Shown piece by piece: positions 1 through 9,570 of a stretch of 64,000 nucleotides of DNA (the first letter of the stretch is position 1; every line of letters begins with the position of its first letter). The notes under the pieces were generated by a model, which had not been told where the DNA came from, ran no database searches, and saw nothing but the letters and a program-made list of their open reading frames with translations. The DNA lies in the NCBI GenBank assembly GCA_965249145.1, contig OZ252223.1, positions 1,673,757-1,737,756 of the forward strand. The letters are read 5' to 3'. Position numbers and translations under genes: made by a program. This stretch comes from Dehalococcoidia bacterium (lineage in GTDB: Bacteria > Chloroflexota > Dehalococcoidia > Lucifugimonadales > UBA3495).

Positions 1-182
1 GCTGGGTACCAGTATTCGCGGAACCCCGTTGGCGGAATCCGGCCGCGACGGTCTTGGGGGTCGCTGGGCGTCCGGAAGGGAGGAGGGCCATCAACAGGCT
101 GGGTCCCCCGCCGCATATGTTTGTAGCCGCCAGGGTAGCCGGAAAATGGTTTAGCCAACAACTTGCCGAGGCCCATCTCCAT
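1..182 (-). CDS. 5' end (about 60 codons) of a gene running off the window; possibly a Rieske-type oxygenase alpha subunit
   Basis: Own translation from ATG at 182 (AAGGAA just upstream): MEMGLGKLLAKPFSGYPGG...PPTGFREYWYP. The FREYWYP ending resembles the motif preceding Rieske domains. Too short to be sure. Confidence 0.3.
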   Translation of the reverse strand, partial: MEMGLGKLLAKPFSGYPGGYKHMRRGTQPVDGPPPFRTPSDPQDRRGRIPPTGFREYWYP

Positions 183-276
183 TTCCTTGTTGGAACTCGT
201 TGCACGGGGAGGCTCTCATAAAAACGGTTGGGAACATAGGACTCGGGAGACGCCGCCGACCACCGGTGCGGCGGCG

Positions 277-1293
277 CTAGGTCTCGATCCGGTAGACCCC
301 TGCCGCGGTGTCGTGGAACAGGTTAGCCCGTTCGGTGGCACTGTAGCCTTGGGACAGCCGCTTGAAGGCGTTGTACATCACGTTGTAGGAGAAGGACACC
401 TTGTCCGGCGGGAAGTTGCTTTCAAACATGCAGCGGTCCGGCCCGAACTGCTCGATACAGTAGCCCATCCAAGGGGTCATGGATTCTGCCAGTTCCTCGG
501 ACCCGATGGGAATGTCGCGGGTGTGCCAGCCGAACCCCCAGCGGGGCATGCCCATCCCGCCGAGCTTGCAGGTAACGTTGGGGCAACTAGCCACCGCGCT
601 GATGCCCTCCCGCCACGCCGGGATTATCTCGTCGTCCTTATTGGCGTAAATGCCCGTCCGGCTGACCCCGCCGAGGTGGTTGAGAATAATTGGCAGTTCC
701 GGCACCGCCCGGGCGAAGTCGGCCAACTCGGTCAATTGAGGGAACGACAGCATCGAATCCAAAGACAGCCCCATGCGAGCCAAGACCCTGGCGCCGGTCC
801 GGAATGACTCGTTGGCCAAGATTCCCTGGCTTTCCCGGTCGTCAATCGAGGGGTCCGGACTCCAGGTAACGTTGTGGCGGATGCCCTTGAACCGGTTGGG
901 GCTGGCCGCCTGCAGCGCCTCCAACACCGGGGCTACCGCCTCGCCCAGCTTTAGGTCGGCATGACCGACAATAGCTGCCGCGGCCCTGGTTTCGCCGTAG
1001 ACGCCGCTGGCGCTGGCCGCCGCAAGCCCCTGAACGAACTCAACCTCGCCCACTGGCCGGAGCTCGGCGGGACCCGACGCGCGGTACATCGACCGCGCCT
1101 CCACGAATACGGTGGACTGCACGTTGTGTCCACTGTCCAAGTCGCCCATCAATTCGTGGAGCAGGTAGCGCTGGTAGGGGATACTCTGCAGCCGCCGGTC
1201 CCAGAAGTGATGATGGGGATCGCAGAGCGGGATCTCCGGCTCGATGGGAGCCTCCTCGGTTAGAGCCAGCCAGTCATCATTACCAAACGGCAT
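277..1293 (-). CDS. amidohydrolase family protein (amidohydrolase_2 type), paralog 1
   Basis: ORF 277..1338. Likely start is MPFGNDDW at 1293, preceded by GGAGGG. Has the CDPHHHFWD metal-binding N-terminus and the ESNFPPDK C-terminal motif typical of the family. Confidence 0.85.
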   Translation of the reverse strand: MPFGNDDWLALTEEAPIEPEIPLCDPHHHFWDRRLQSIPYQRYLLHELMGDLDSGHNVQSTVFVEARSMYRASGPAELRPVGEVEFVQGLAAASASGVYGETRAAAAIVGHADLKLGEAVAPVLEALQAASPNRFKGIRHNVTWSPDPSIDDRESQGILANESFRTGARVLARMGLSLDSMLSFPQLTELADFARAVPELPIILNHLGGVSRTGIYANKDDEIIPAWREGISAVASCPNVTCKLGGMGMPRWGFGWHTRDIPIGSEELAESMTPWMGYCIEQFGPDRCMFESNFPPDKVSFSYNVMYNAFKRLSQGYSATERANLFHDTAAGVYRIET

Positions 1294-1462
1294 GTCAAGC
1301 CCTCCGAGCCTGGGTGTGATTTTGGGCAATAATACCATAGCCGGGCCCGGCCCCTCGGAGGGTCCGCCACATGAAGGTGGGGAGCAAAGCTCCCTGAAAT
1401 TGGGCGAGGGTTGCTCCCCACTGCATCTACCCGGAGGCGGGCCGGAGGCGAGCTCCGGGCGC

Positions 1463-2023
1463 TTATTCGATCACGCTGGCGCTTCCGTCGGGGTTGATCT
1501 TGACGCCCACGATGGGCGACGCCTTGTCGTTGAACAGGGCCACCGCTTGCCGCTGGTCAGGGTCCGTTACCAGCAGACCCGCACCTCCGCCGATCACCAG
1601 CGCCAACACTCCCATGGTCAAATACGCGGCCCGCCAATGGAGCTCGGCGATCAACAGCGCCGCCAGGGGTGGGACGACCAGGGTTCCAGCGCCGATGCCG
1701 GAGGCGCCAATGCCCGTAGCCAGACCCCTACGCAGGTCGAACCACTTTTGCAACGTGCCAACGGCAGGTACGTAGGCCATCCTAACACCGAGACCGATGC
1801 CAAGGGCAAAGACGATGTACACCTGCCAAATCACGGTGGCGACGCTGGCCGTAACTAGCCCAACGCCGACGAGGGCAGCGCCCACCGGCCACCAATATCC
1901 GAGGCCCGAGGAAGTCGGCGATAGTCCCAGTGGCCGGCCCAATGCCAAACAGGACCGCCACCGAAACAGAAAACGCGAGGGCCACAGCGAGCCTACCCCG
2001 CCCGTCTCAACAACGCGGCTCAT
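1463..2023 (-). pseudogene. MFS transporter remnant (N-terminal half only, frameshifted)
   Basis: The 186-aa ORF carries TM3-TM6-like sequence (GIGLGVRMAYVPAVGTLQKWF..RRGLATGIG) and ends in the central loop. TM1-2-like sequence (ORF 1782..1985) lies in another frame. No C-terminal six-helix half is present. Confidence 0.55.
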
Positions 2024-2062
2024 ACCGTAACAGGACCGTTACTTTTAGCGCTACCTCGGCCC

Positions 2063-3079
2063 CTACACGTCTATCCGGTAGACGCGGGCGGCAGTGTCGT
2101 GGAACATTGCCGCCCTTTCGGTGGGTGAGTAGTCTTTGGTCATGCGCTTGAAGGCGTTGTACATTACGTTATAGGAATAGGACACCTTGTCTGGCGGGAA
2201 GTTGCTCTCCAACATGCACCGGTCCGGGCCGAATTGCTCGATGCAGTACCCCATGAGCGGGGCCAAAGACTCGGCCAGTTCCTCGGAGCCTATGGGCACA
2301 TCGCGCGTATGCCAGTCGAACCCGTATCGGGGCTGACCTATTCCCCCCAGTTTCATCACCACGTTTGGGCACTGGGCCAAAGTGGCGATCCCCTCGCGCC
2401 ACTGGGGCAGCACCTCGTCGTCCCGGTCGCCGTAGGGTCCGACGCGCATCAGCCCGCCGATGTGGTTCGAGATGATGGTGAGCTCAGGCACCGCGTTGGC
2501 GAAGTCCGCCAACTCCGCCAGCTGCGGAAAATGGACCACGTTGTCGTAGACCAGACCGCGGCGTGCCAACACCCGAGCCCCGGCCCGGAACTCGGCGCTG
2601 GCCAGTTGGTGCTGGCTTCCCCGGTCCTCTATCTCCGGGTGGGGGTCCCAACCAACGGAATGCCGAATGCCGCGGAAGCGGTTGGGGCTAGCCTCCTGCA
2701 GGGCGTCCAGCACCCGCTCCACACCGTCACCCAGGCTCAGGTTGGCGTGTCCGATGATCGCCGCCGCTGCCTTGGCCGGACCGTACAGACCGTTGGCGCT
2801 GGCCGCCGCGAGGCCCTGCACGAACTCGACCTCGCCCACGGGCCGTAACTCCTCCGGTCCGTCCAAGCGGTACATCGCTCTCGCCTCCAGGAACACGGTA
2901 GAGCGGACGTTGTGGCCGCTGTTCAGGTCGGCGGCCAACTCGTGGAGCAAATAGCGATGGTAGGGGATGCGGTCCATCCGGAAGTCCCAGAAATGGTGAT
3001 GGGCGTCGCAGATAGGAATCTCCGGTTCCAGGGTCGGTTCGGTGGTCAACGCTAGCCAGTCGTTATCTCCGTACGGCAT
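2063..3079 (-). CDS. amidohydrolase family protein (amidohydrolase_2 type), paralog 2
   Basis: 338 aa, colinear with the 277..1293 product at roughly two-thirds identity by eye (MPYGDNDWLALT..CDAHHHFWD..ESNFPPDKVSYSYNVMYNAFKR). GGAGGC lies upstream of the ATG. Confidence 0.85.
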   Translation of the reverse strand: MPYGDNDWLALTTEPTLEPEIPICDAHHHFWDFRMDRIPYHRYLLHELAADLNSGHNVRSTVFLEARAMYRLDGPEELRPVGEVEFVQGLAAASANGLYGPAKAAAAIIGHANLSLGDGVERVLDALQEASPNRFRGIRHSVGWDPHPEIEDRGSQHQLASAEFRAGARVLARRGLVYDNVVHFPQLAELADFANAVPELTIISNHIGGLMRVGPYGDRDDEVLPQWREGIATLAQCPNVVMKLGGIGQPRYGFDWHTRDVPIGSEELAESLAPLMGYCIEQFGPDRCMLESNFPPDKVSYSYNVMYNAFKRMTKDYSPTERAAMFHDTAARVYRIDV

Positions 3080-3202
3080 AATCGCGCCTCCATATCCGAG
3101 TGTGACGACCCAATCCTACCATAGTGTCCTCTTCCATCTGGACCCTCTTCACTCGCGCCCAGCGTATGTTAGGATGGCGGTATTCTCCCCAAGGGGGCCA
3201 TC

Positions 3203-4297
3203 GTGGCAGACAAGATTCGTCTGGGCATCATAGGCGCCAATGTTCACAGGGGCTGGGCGGTCCGCTCTCACCTTCCGGCGATAGTCGCCAGCCCAGAGTT
3301 CGAGTTGACCGGGGTCTGCACTACCCGCATGGAGAGCGCCGAGGAATCTCGCGCCCAATTCGGGGCCCGGCTGGCCTTCGACGATTATCGTGAGATGCTG
3401 GCCCACCCCGAAATAGACGCCGTCGCCGTGAGCCTGCGAGTGCCATCCCACTACGAGCCCACCGTCGACGCCATCAATGCTGGCAAGCACGTGTACACCG
3501 AATGGCCCCTGGGCCGCACCACCGCCGAGGCTGAAGAGATGGCCGCCCTCGCTCGCGAGAAGGGAGTCCGCAACATGGTCGGCCTTCAGGCCCGGGCCAA
3601 CCCGGCCATCCTCCACCTCCGGGACCTGGTGGCCTCGGGATACGTCGGCGAGGTGATGTCTTGCCACGTTAGCCGCATCTCCGGCGGCGTGCTGGAGCGG
3701 GAGTCCGACCGCACCTGGCAGCGGGACCGCGAGCTTGGGGCCAACACGCTGACCATTCTGTTTGGCCACACCATCGACGCGCTGCGATTCGTGGTAGGGG
3801 ACTTCAGCCACGTCTCATCCGTGGTCAGCACCCAGGCCAAACAGTGGTCCGAGACCGACACCAACCAGCTGGTCGACGTGACCTCGCCGGACAACATCCT
3901 AGTCGGCGGCCGGCTGACAAACGGCGCTGTCGCCTCGGCGCACATCGCCAACAACCCGTGGGCGGGCAGCGGCTACCGCATGGAGATATACGGCCGGGAA
4001 GGGACGCTGACCGCCACCTCCGACGAGTCGCCCAACCACTTCGGCATCACAGTACAGGGCGCCAGGGGCGGCGACCGGCTAGAAGACCTTCCGACCCCGA
4101 CAGGATATACCTGGGTGTTGGAGGGCATGCCAATGGGGGCCGCCTACAACGTCGGCCAGATGTACTACCGGTTCGCCCAAAGCATAAACGCCGGTGAAGC
4201 CTGCCAGCCCGACTTCGACGAGGCAGTGCGGTTGCACCGCTTCATCGACAAAATCCAAGAGGCCTCGGACCAAGGACGGGAAACAGCCGTCGGCTAG
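3203..4297 (+). CDS. Gfo/Idh/MocA family oxidoreductase
   Basis: GTG start after AAGGGGG. N-terminal Rossmann motif IRLGIIGANVHRGWA and the EWPLG motif typical of the family. Confidence 0.85.
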   Translation: MADKIRLGIIGANVHRGWAVRSHLPAIVASPEFELTGVCTTRMESAEESRAQFGARLAFDDYREMLAHPEIDAVAVSLRVPSHYEPTVDAINAGKHVYTEWPLGRTTAEAEEMAALAREKGVRNMVGLQARANPAILHLRDLVASGYVGEVMSCHVSRISGGVLERESDRTWQRDRELGANTLTILFGHTIDALRFVVGDFSHVSSVVSTQAKQWSETDTNQLVDVTSPDNILVGGRLTNGAVASAHIANNPWAGSGYRMEIYGREGTLTATSDESPNHFGITVQGARGGDRLEDLPTPTGYTWVLEGMPMGAAYNVGQMYYRFAQSINAGEACQPDFDEAVRLHRFIDKIQEASDQGRETAVG

Positions 4298-4356
4298 ACG
4301 GCCCCGGTCCGGAAAGCTATTCTCGCGGATTCCGGCCCGCGACATCTGCCGACATT

Positions 4357-5742
4357 ATGCTGCTCACCATCTCCACCACCCATAGGCCCGCGACCGACCT
4401 GGGGTTCCTGCTGCACAAGAACCCCGGCCGGTACCAGTCGTTCCCGCTATCCTTCGGGCGGGCTGATGTCTTCTATCCCGAAGCGGAGGATGACCGCTGC
4501 ACTGCGGCGCTGCTCTTGAAGACCGACCCGGTCCCGTTGGCACGCCCGGGTTCGAGCGGTTGGGCGGAGCACTACGTCAACGACCGCCCCTACGTAGCTT
4601 CGTCTCACTTGAGCGTGGCGATCTCTTCCGTGTTCGGCAGCGCGCTGCGGGGCCAGAGCAAGGACCGCCCCGAGCTTGCCGAAGCCCCCATCCCTCTGGA
4701 AGCACGGATCGAAGTCGTCCCCTCCAAGGAAGGGGCGGGGCTGGTCCGCGACCTGTTCGAGCCTCTGGGCTACTCCGTGGAGACCCAGGGATACGACTTG
4801 GATGAGCGCTTTCCCGATTGGGGGGGCAGCCCCTACTACAGCGTGCGCCTCTCGTCGGCAACCCGTCTCCGCGACCTGCTGGCCCATCTCTACGTGCTGC
4901 TCCCCGTGCTGGACGATGAGAAGCACTACTGGGTCGGCGACGAAGAGGTAGACAAGCTGCTGCGCTTTGGCGAGGGTTGGCTGGCCACCCATCCCCAACG
5001 GGAGCTGGTTTCGCGTCGTTACCTCAAGCACCAGCGCGACCTGACCCGTCGGGCGCTGGCCCAACTGCTCGATTCTGGTCAGTCCGACCCGGTCGCCGCC
5101 GGAGCCCGGCACCAACAGGAAGAGGAACAACTTGAAGCTCCGCTGCGGTTGGGCGAACAACGGCTGCGGGCGGTGCTGGACTCGCTCGGCAGCTTGGGTG
5201 CGGGGCGGGTACTGGACCTCGGATGTGGTGAAGGTAGGCTGATCGGCGAGTTGCTCAAGGAGCCCGCAATCCGCTCGATTACCGGAGTGGACGTTTCTCA
5301 TCGGGCATTGGAAACGGCCCGCACGCGGCTGCGCCTCGATACCCTGCCTGCTTCACAGCGGGAGCGCGTCACCCTCCTGCACGGATCGCTGACCTACCGG
5401 GACCAGCGCCTAGCCGGGTACGACGCGGCGGTCGCCTCGGAGGTCATCGAGCACATCGAACCGTCGCGGCTCGGCGCATTCGAGGAAGTGGTGTTCGGCT
5501 CGGCCAGACCCGGCGCAGTGCTGATTACGACGCCCAACGCGGAATACAACGAGCTCTTCGAGTCCCTGCCCGCCGGGGAGTTCCGCCACCGGGACCACCG
5601 CTTCGAGTGGACCAGGGAGCAGTTCCGGACTTGGGCCCACCAGGTCGCGGTCCGCCGCCATTACAGTGCGCGCTTTGAGGACATTGGACCCGAGCATTCC
5701 TCGCTAGGAACGCCGACCCAGATGGGCGTCTTTACCAGATGA
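4357..5742 (+). CDS. hen1: 3'-terminal RNA ribose 2'-O-methyltransferase Hen1 (bacterial RNA repair)
   Basis: N-terminus MLLTISTTHRPATDLGFLLHKNP matches the bacterial Hen1 N-domain. The C-terminal SAM methyltransferase region reads VLDLGCGEGRL..EVIEHI..RHRDHRFEW. Its stop overlaps the pnkp start (ATGA). Confidence 0.85.
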   Translation: MLLTISTTHRPATDLGFLLHKNPGRYQSFPLSFGRADVFYPEAEDDRCTAALLLKTDPVPLARPGSSGWAEHYVNDRPYVASSHLSVAISSVFGSALRGQSKDRPELAEAPIPLEARIEVVPSKEGAGLVRDLFEPLGYSVETQGYDLDERFPDWGGSPYYSVRLSSATRLRDLLAHLYVLLPVLDDEKHYWVGDEEVDKLLRFGEGWLATHPQRELVSRRYLKHQRDLTRRALAQLLDSGQSDPVAAGARHQQEEEQLEAPLRLGEQRLRAVLDSLGSLGAGRVLDLGCGEGRLIGELLKEPAIRSITGVDVSHRALETARTRLRLDTLPASQRERVTLLHGSLTYRDQRLAGYDAAVASEVIEHIEPSRLGAFEEVVFGSARPGAVLITTPNAEYNELFESLPAGEFRHRDHRFEWTREQFRTWAHQVAVRRHYSARFEDIGPEHSSLGTPTQMGVFTR

Positions 5743-8303
5743 ATATAACCATCCCCGAGCTCTGCCTCGTGGCCTTGGTCGGCCCCAGCGGGTCTGGGAA
5801 GTCCACCTTCGCCGCAAGGCACTTCAAGCCGACCGAAATCGTATCTTCAGACGCCTGCCGCGCCATGGTGGCCGACGACGCCAACGACCAGACCGCGACA
5901 CCCCAGGCCTTCGCGCTTCTGAACTTCATCGCAGCCACGCGCCTGCGGGCCGGACGCCTAACCGTCATCGACGCTACCAGCGTGCAGCCAGCGGCTAGAA
6001 AATCACTGGTGGAACTGGCCAGGGAGCACGATTGTCTGCCGGTTGCCATCGTGCTGGACCTTCCCGAGGCGGTATGCCTGGCCCGCAACCGGGAACGCGC
6101 CGACCGCCAATTCGGCTCGCAGGTCGTTCGCCGCCAAGCCGAACAGCTCAGGCGCTCGCTGCGCGGGCTAAAACGCGAGGGCTTCCGGCAGGTGATTGTG
6201 CTCAACTCTCCGGAGGAGGTCGAAGCAGTCTCCATCGAGCGGGCGCCGATGTGGACTGACCTCCAGCACGAACGCGGGCCCTTCGACATCATCGGCGACG
6301 TCCACGGCTGTTTCGACGAGCTGGTGGAGCTGCTGGAACGCTTAGGTTATCAGGTGTCGAAGCGCGCTGGCGCCGCCGAAGAAACCGCCTTGGCCGCGAC
6401 CCACCCCCAGGGACGCAAGGCCGTCTTCGTGGGCGACCTTGTCGACCGCGGACCGGGCGTTACTGATGTGCTCAGGCTGGTCATGTCCATGGTCGCCAAC
6501 GGCTCGGGATTGTGCGTCGCGGGCAACCACGAGTCCAAGCTGGTACGCAAACTGAAAGGGCGCAACGTACAGGTCTCCCACGGACTGGCCGAGTCTCTGG
6601 CCCAACTGGAGGAGGAGTCCCCGGCGTTCCGACAGCAGGCCACTGCGTTCCTGGACAACTTGATCAGCCACTACGTGCTCGACGGCGGGGAATTGGTGGT
6701 GGCCCACGCCGGGATGAAGCCGGAATACCAGGGCCGTGCATCGGCCCGAGTCCGCAATTTCTGTCTGTACGGCGAGACCACCGGCGAGACCGACGAATTC
6801 GGGCTCCCGGTCCGTGCCGACTGGGCCGCCAACTATAGGGGCCGGGCCATGGTGGTCTACGGGCACACGCCGGTCGCCAGTCCCGCTTGGGTCAACCGCA
6901 CAATCAACATCGACACTGGCTGCGTGTTCGGCGGCACCCTGACCGCGCTGCGTTACCCGGAGGGAGAGTTGGTATCGGTCCCGTCAGTGCGGGTCTACTA
7001 TGAGCCAGCCAGACCCTTGGCCGAACCCGGCGCACCGGCCGACCAAGCGGAGGAACGGTCCGCGGACCTTCTCGACATTAACGACATTCTCGGCAAGCGC
7101 ATCGTGTCCACCTCACTGCGGGGCAACGTCACGGTCCGGGAAGAGCACACGGCCGCGGCCCTCGAAGTGATGAGCCGCTTCGCCCTTGACCCCCGCTGGC
7201 TAGTGTATCTACCGCCGACGATCTCCCCGTGCGAGACCTCCGGGCTCCCCGGCATGCTGGAGCACCCTTCGGAGGTTTTCGGCTACTTTCGAAATCAGGG
7301 CGTGTCCCGGGTTGTCTGCGAGGAGAAGCACATGGGCTCCCGGGCCATTTTGGTGATAGCCCAGGACGAAGGGGTCATCGAGAGGCGCTTCGGGACGGTC
7401 GGCCAAGGCATCGGGGCTTGCTACACTCGCACCGGCCGACGGTTCTTCGATGACCGGGGCTTGGAGGCGCAGTTCCTCGAACACGTTGGCGCGGCGGTCA
7501 CGGACTCCGGTCTATGGGAGCATCTTGGGACCGACTGGATTGTGCTGGACTGCGAGATCATGCCCTGGTCGGTGAAGGCCCAGGAGCTGCTCCGGGAGCA
7601 ATATGCGGCGGTGGGCGCGGCGGCAAAAGCCAGCCTGACGGCGGCGCGGTCCGTGCTCGAGCAGACAGCGTCCCGCGGCATCGACACGGGCGGCGCCCTT
7701 TCGGACCTAGAGGACCGGCTGCGGCTCGCCCGGCTTTACAGTGACTCCTACGCCCGGTACTGCTGGCCCGTGGCTTCGCTGGCCGATATTCGGCTTGCGC
7801 CGTTCCATCTGCTGGCCAGCGAAGGCCGGGTGCACACGGACCAAGACCATCTCTGGCATATGGGAGCGGCGTCCCGCCTGGCCGACGCCAACCCGGCGTT
7901 GTTCCAGCCAACCCGGCACCGGGTGGTGGAACTCGGGGGCCCGGAGGAGGCTGAAGCGACCCTCTGGTGGGAGGAAATGACGGGCGCGGGCGGCGAGGGC
8001 ATGGTGGTGAAGCCGCTGGATTTCGTCGCCACCGGCAGGCGCGGCCTGGTACAGCCTGCTATCAAGTGCCGGGGCCCGGAATACCTGCGGATCATTTATG
8101 GGCCGGAATATACCCTGCCGGGCAACCTCGAACGTCTGCGGTCCCGCAGTCTTTCGGCGAAGCGTTCCCTGGCGCTGCGGGAGTTCGCCCTCGGCCTGGA
8201 AGGACTGCGGCGTTTCGTGGGCCGCGAACCCCTGTACCGGGTCCACGAGTGCGCCTTCGCCGTTCTTGCACTGGAAAGCGAGCCAGTGGACCCGCGCCTG
8301 TGA
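5739..8303 (+). CDS. pnkp: polynucleotide kinase-phosphatase Pnkp (kinase / metallophosphatase / ligase-like adenylyltransferase)
   Basis: 854 aa. P-loop GPSGSGKST at the N-terminus, calcineurin-type phosphatase motifs DIIGDVHGC and GDLVDRG..GNHE, and a C-terminal nucleotidyltransferase region with EEKHMGSR. Confidence 0.85.
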   Translation: MNITIPELCLVALVGPSGSGKSTFAARHFKPTEIVSSDACRAMVADDANDQTATPQAFALLNFIAATRLRAGRLTVIDATSVQPAARKSLVELAREHDCLPVAIVLDLPEAVCLARNRERADRQFGSQVVRRQAEQLRRSLRGLKREGFRQVIVLNSPEEVEAVSIERAPMWTDLQHERGPFDIIGDVHGCFDELVELLERLGYQVSKRAGAAEETALAATHPQGRKAVFVGDLVDRGPGVTDVLRLVMSMVANGSGLCVAGNHESKLVRKLKGRNVQVSHGLAESLAQLEEESPAFRQQATAFLDNLISHYVLDGGELVVAHAGMKPEYQGRASARVRNFCLYGETTGETDEFGLPVRADWAANYRGRAMVVYGHTPVASPAWVNRTINIDTGCVFGGTLTALRYPEGELVSVPSVRVYYEPARPLAEPGAPADQAEERSADLLDINDILGKRIVSTSLRGNVTVREEHTAAALEVMSRFALDPRWLVYLPPTISPCETSGLPGMLEHPSEVFGYFRNQGVSRVVCEEKHMGSRAILVIAQDEGVIERRFGTVGQGIGACYTRTGRRFFDDRGLEAQFLEHVGAAVTDSGLWEHLGTDWIVLDCEIMPWSVKAQELLREQYAAVGAAAKASLTAARSVLEQTASRGIDTGGALSDLEDRLRLARLYSDSYARYCWPVASLADIRLAPFHLLASEGRVHTDQDHLWHMGAASRLADANPALFQPTRHRVVELGGPEEAEATLWWEEMTGAGGEGMVVKPLDFVATGRRGLVQPAIKCRGPEYLRIIYGPEYTLPGNLERLRSRSLSAKRSLALREFALGLEGLRRFVGREPLYRVHECAFAVLALESEPVDPRL

Positions 8304-8333
8304 CCGGAAAACGCGCGAAAGAAAACTCCGAAG

Positions 8334-8362
8334 TTGACGGTATTTGCCGCTAGTAATAGCAT
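8334..8362 (+). promoter_or_regulatory. candidate sigma70-type promoter for the LLM/amidohydrolase operon
   Basis: TTGACG (8334-8339), a 17-nt spacer, then TAGCAT (8357-8362), about 45 nt upstream of the ATG at 8409. Confidence 0.3.
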
Positions 8363-8408
8363 TAGTGGCGAAAGAAGCCTGATCCCCAAGGATTTATGGA
8401 GGGCGAAC

Positions 8409-9527
8409 ATGGACTTTGGACTATTTAACACTTGGAATGCCTTGTACTCGGGCGGCATGGTCCCATGGGACCCCGAATACCGCGGCGGGAAGCTGCTGGA
8501 GGAAGAAGCCTACACCAAGAACTACGAGGAGATCGACGCGGTCGAGGAAATGGGCTGGGACTACATCTGGCTCGGCGGAGGCCACTTCTCCAAGCAGGCC
8601 AGCATGGACCCTCAGGTGCTCATGCTCTCCGCCGTGATCGCCGAACGCACCAAGAACATCAGGATCGGGTCGTCCATCCACCGCCCGGTCATGAAGCAAT
8701 CAGGAGAGACGGTATCGGGGTCAGCGCTGCCACATGAACGATACGGGTTTGATAACCTGTTGCTCGAAGACCCGATCCAGACTGCGGAACAGGTCGCCAT
8801 AGTAGACCAGGTCAGCCAAGGGCGGTTCATCTACGGCGCGGGCGGGCGCACTCGCGGCTCCGACAGCCGCCGGGAGCAGTTCTTCGAGTACCTGGAGGTC
8901 ATGAAGCAGCTGTGGACCGAGGACAATTTCTCCGGGTTCGAAGGCAAGTATTACAACTACCCGGCGTTCTACGAGCCGTACCTCGCGATCCCGAAGCCCT
9001 ATCAGAAGCCCTACCCGCCCATGCTGTTGCCCGTGGACAGCCAGGAGAGCTTCGTGCCCATGGGCGCCCAGGGCTATCGGATAGCCATCGGCGCCGGAAG
9101 CTCCCCTCACAACCTCAGAGGGTCTGAGGTCCTGAAGGAAGATGTGAAGAGCTACCGCAAAGCCTGGCAGGATGCCGGCCACCCCGGCGACCCGACTACC
9201 GTGGTACGCATACCCACCTTGGTGGCAGCAACCAAAGAGGAGGCCACGCGCCAGACCGACAATCTCATGAGTCTCGCCAGGCAGTACTACTCCGGCAGGG
9301 TGGGCATCGGGAGCACCGACGCGGGCGCGGCGAGCCCCGACGCTACCGAGGAAGTGAACCTGTTCGGCACCCCGGAAGAGGTGGTCGAGAGGATACACAT
9401 GCTCCGGGAAGATTTCAGCACCGACGAAATTATGTTCGAGGTCAACTGGACGTCCTCGGTGCCCCGCGACGTGGTGATGAATACCATGCGGCTCATCACC
9501 GACAAAGTGATTCCAGAGTTCAAGTAA
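8409..9527 (+). CDS. LLM-class flavin-dependent oxidoreductase (luciferase-like monooxygenase)
   Basis: ORF 8334..9527. The internal ATG at 8409 (MDFGLFNTWN) is preceded by GGAGGG. Has the typical LLM N-terminus and GWDYIWLGGGHF motif. Confidence 0.8.
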   Translation: MDFGLFNTWNALYSGGMVPWDPEYRGGKLLEEEAYTKNYEEIDAVEEMGWDYIWLGGGHFSKQASMDPQVLMLSAVIAERTKNIRIGSSIHRPVMKQSGETVSGSALPHERYGFDNLLLEDPIQTAEQVAIVDQVSQGRFIYGAGGRTRGSDSRREQFFEYLEVMKQLWTEDNFSGFEGKYYNYPAFYEPYLAIPKPYQKPYPPMLLPVDSQESFVPMGAQGYRIAIGAGSSPHNLRGSEVLKEDVKSYRKAWQDAGHPGDPTTVVRIPTLVAATKEEATRQTDNLMSLARQYYSGRVGIGSTDAGAASPDATEEVNLFGTPEEVVERIHMLREDFSTDEIMFEVNWTSSVPRDVVMNTMRLITDKVIPEFK

Positions 9528-9570
9528 CCCAGCCGTCACCGACCCACCCGTCACCAATAGGAGGTCCAAA

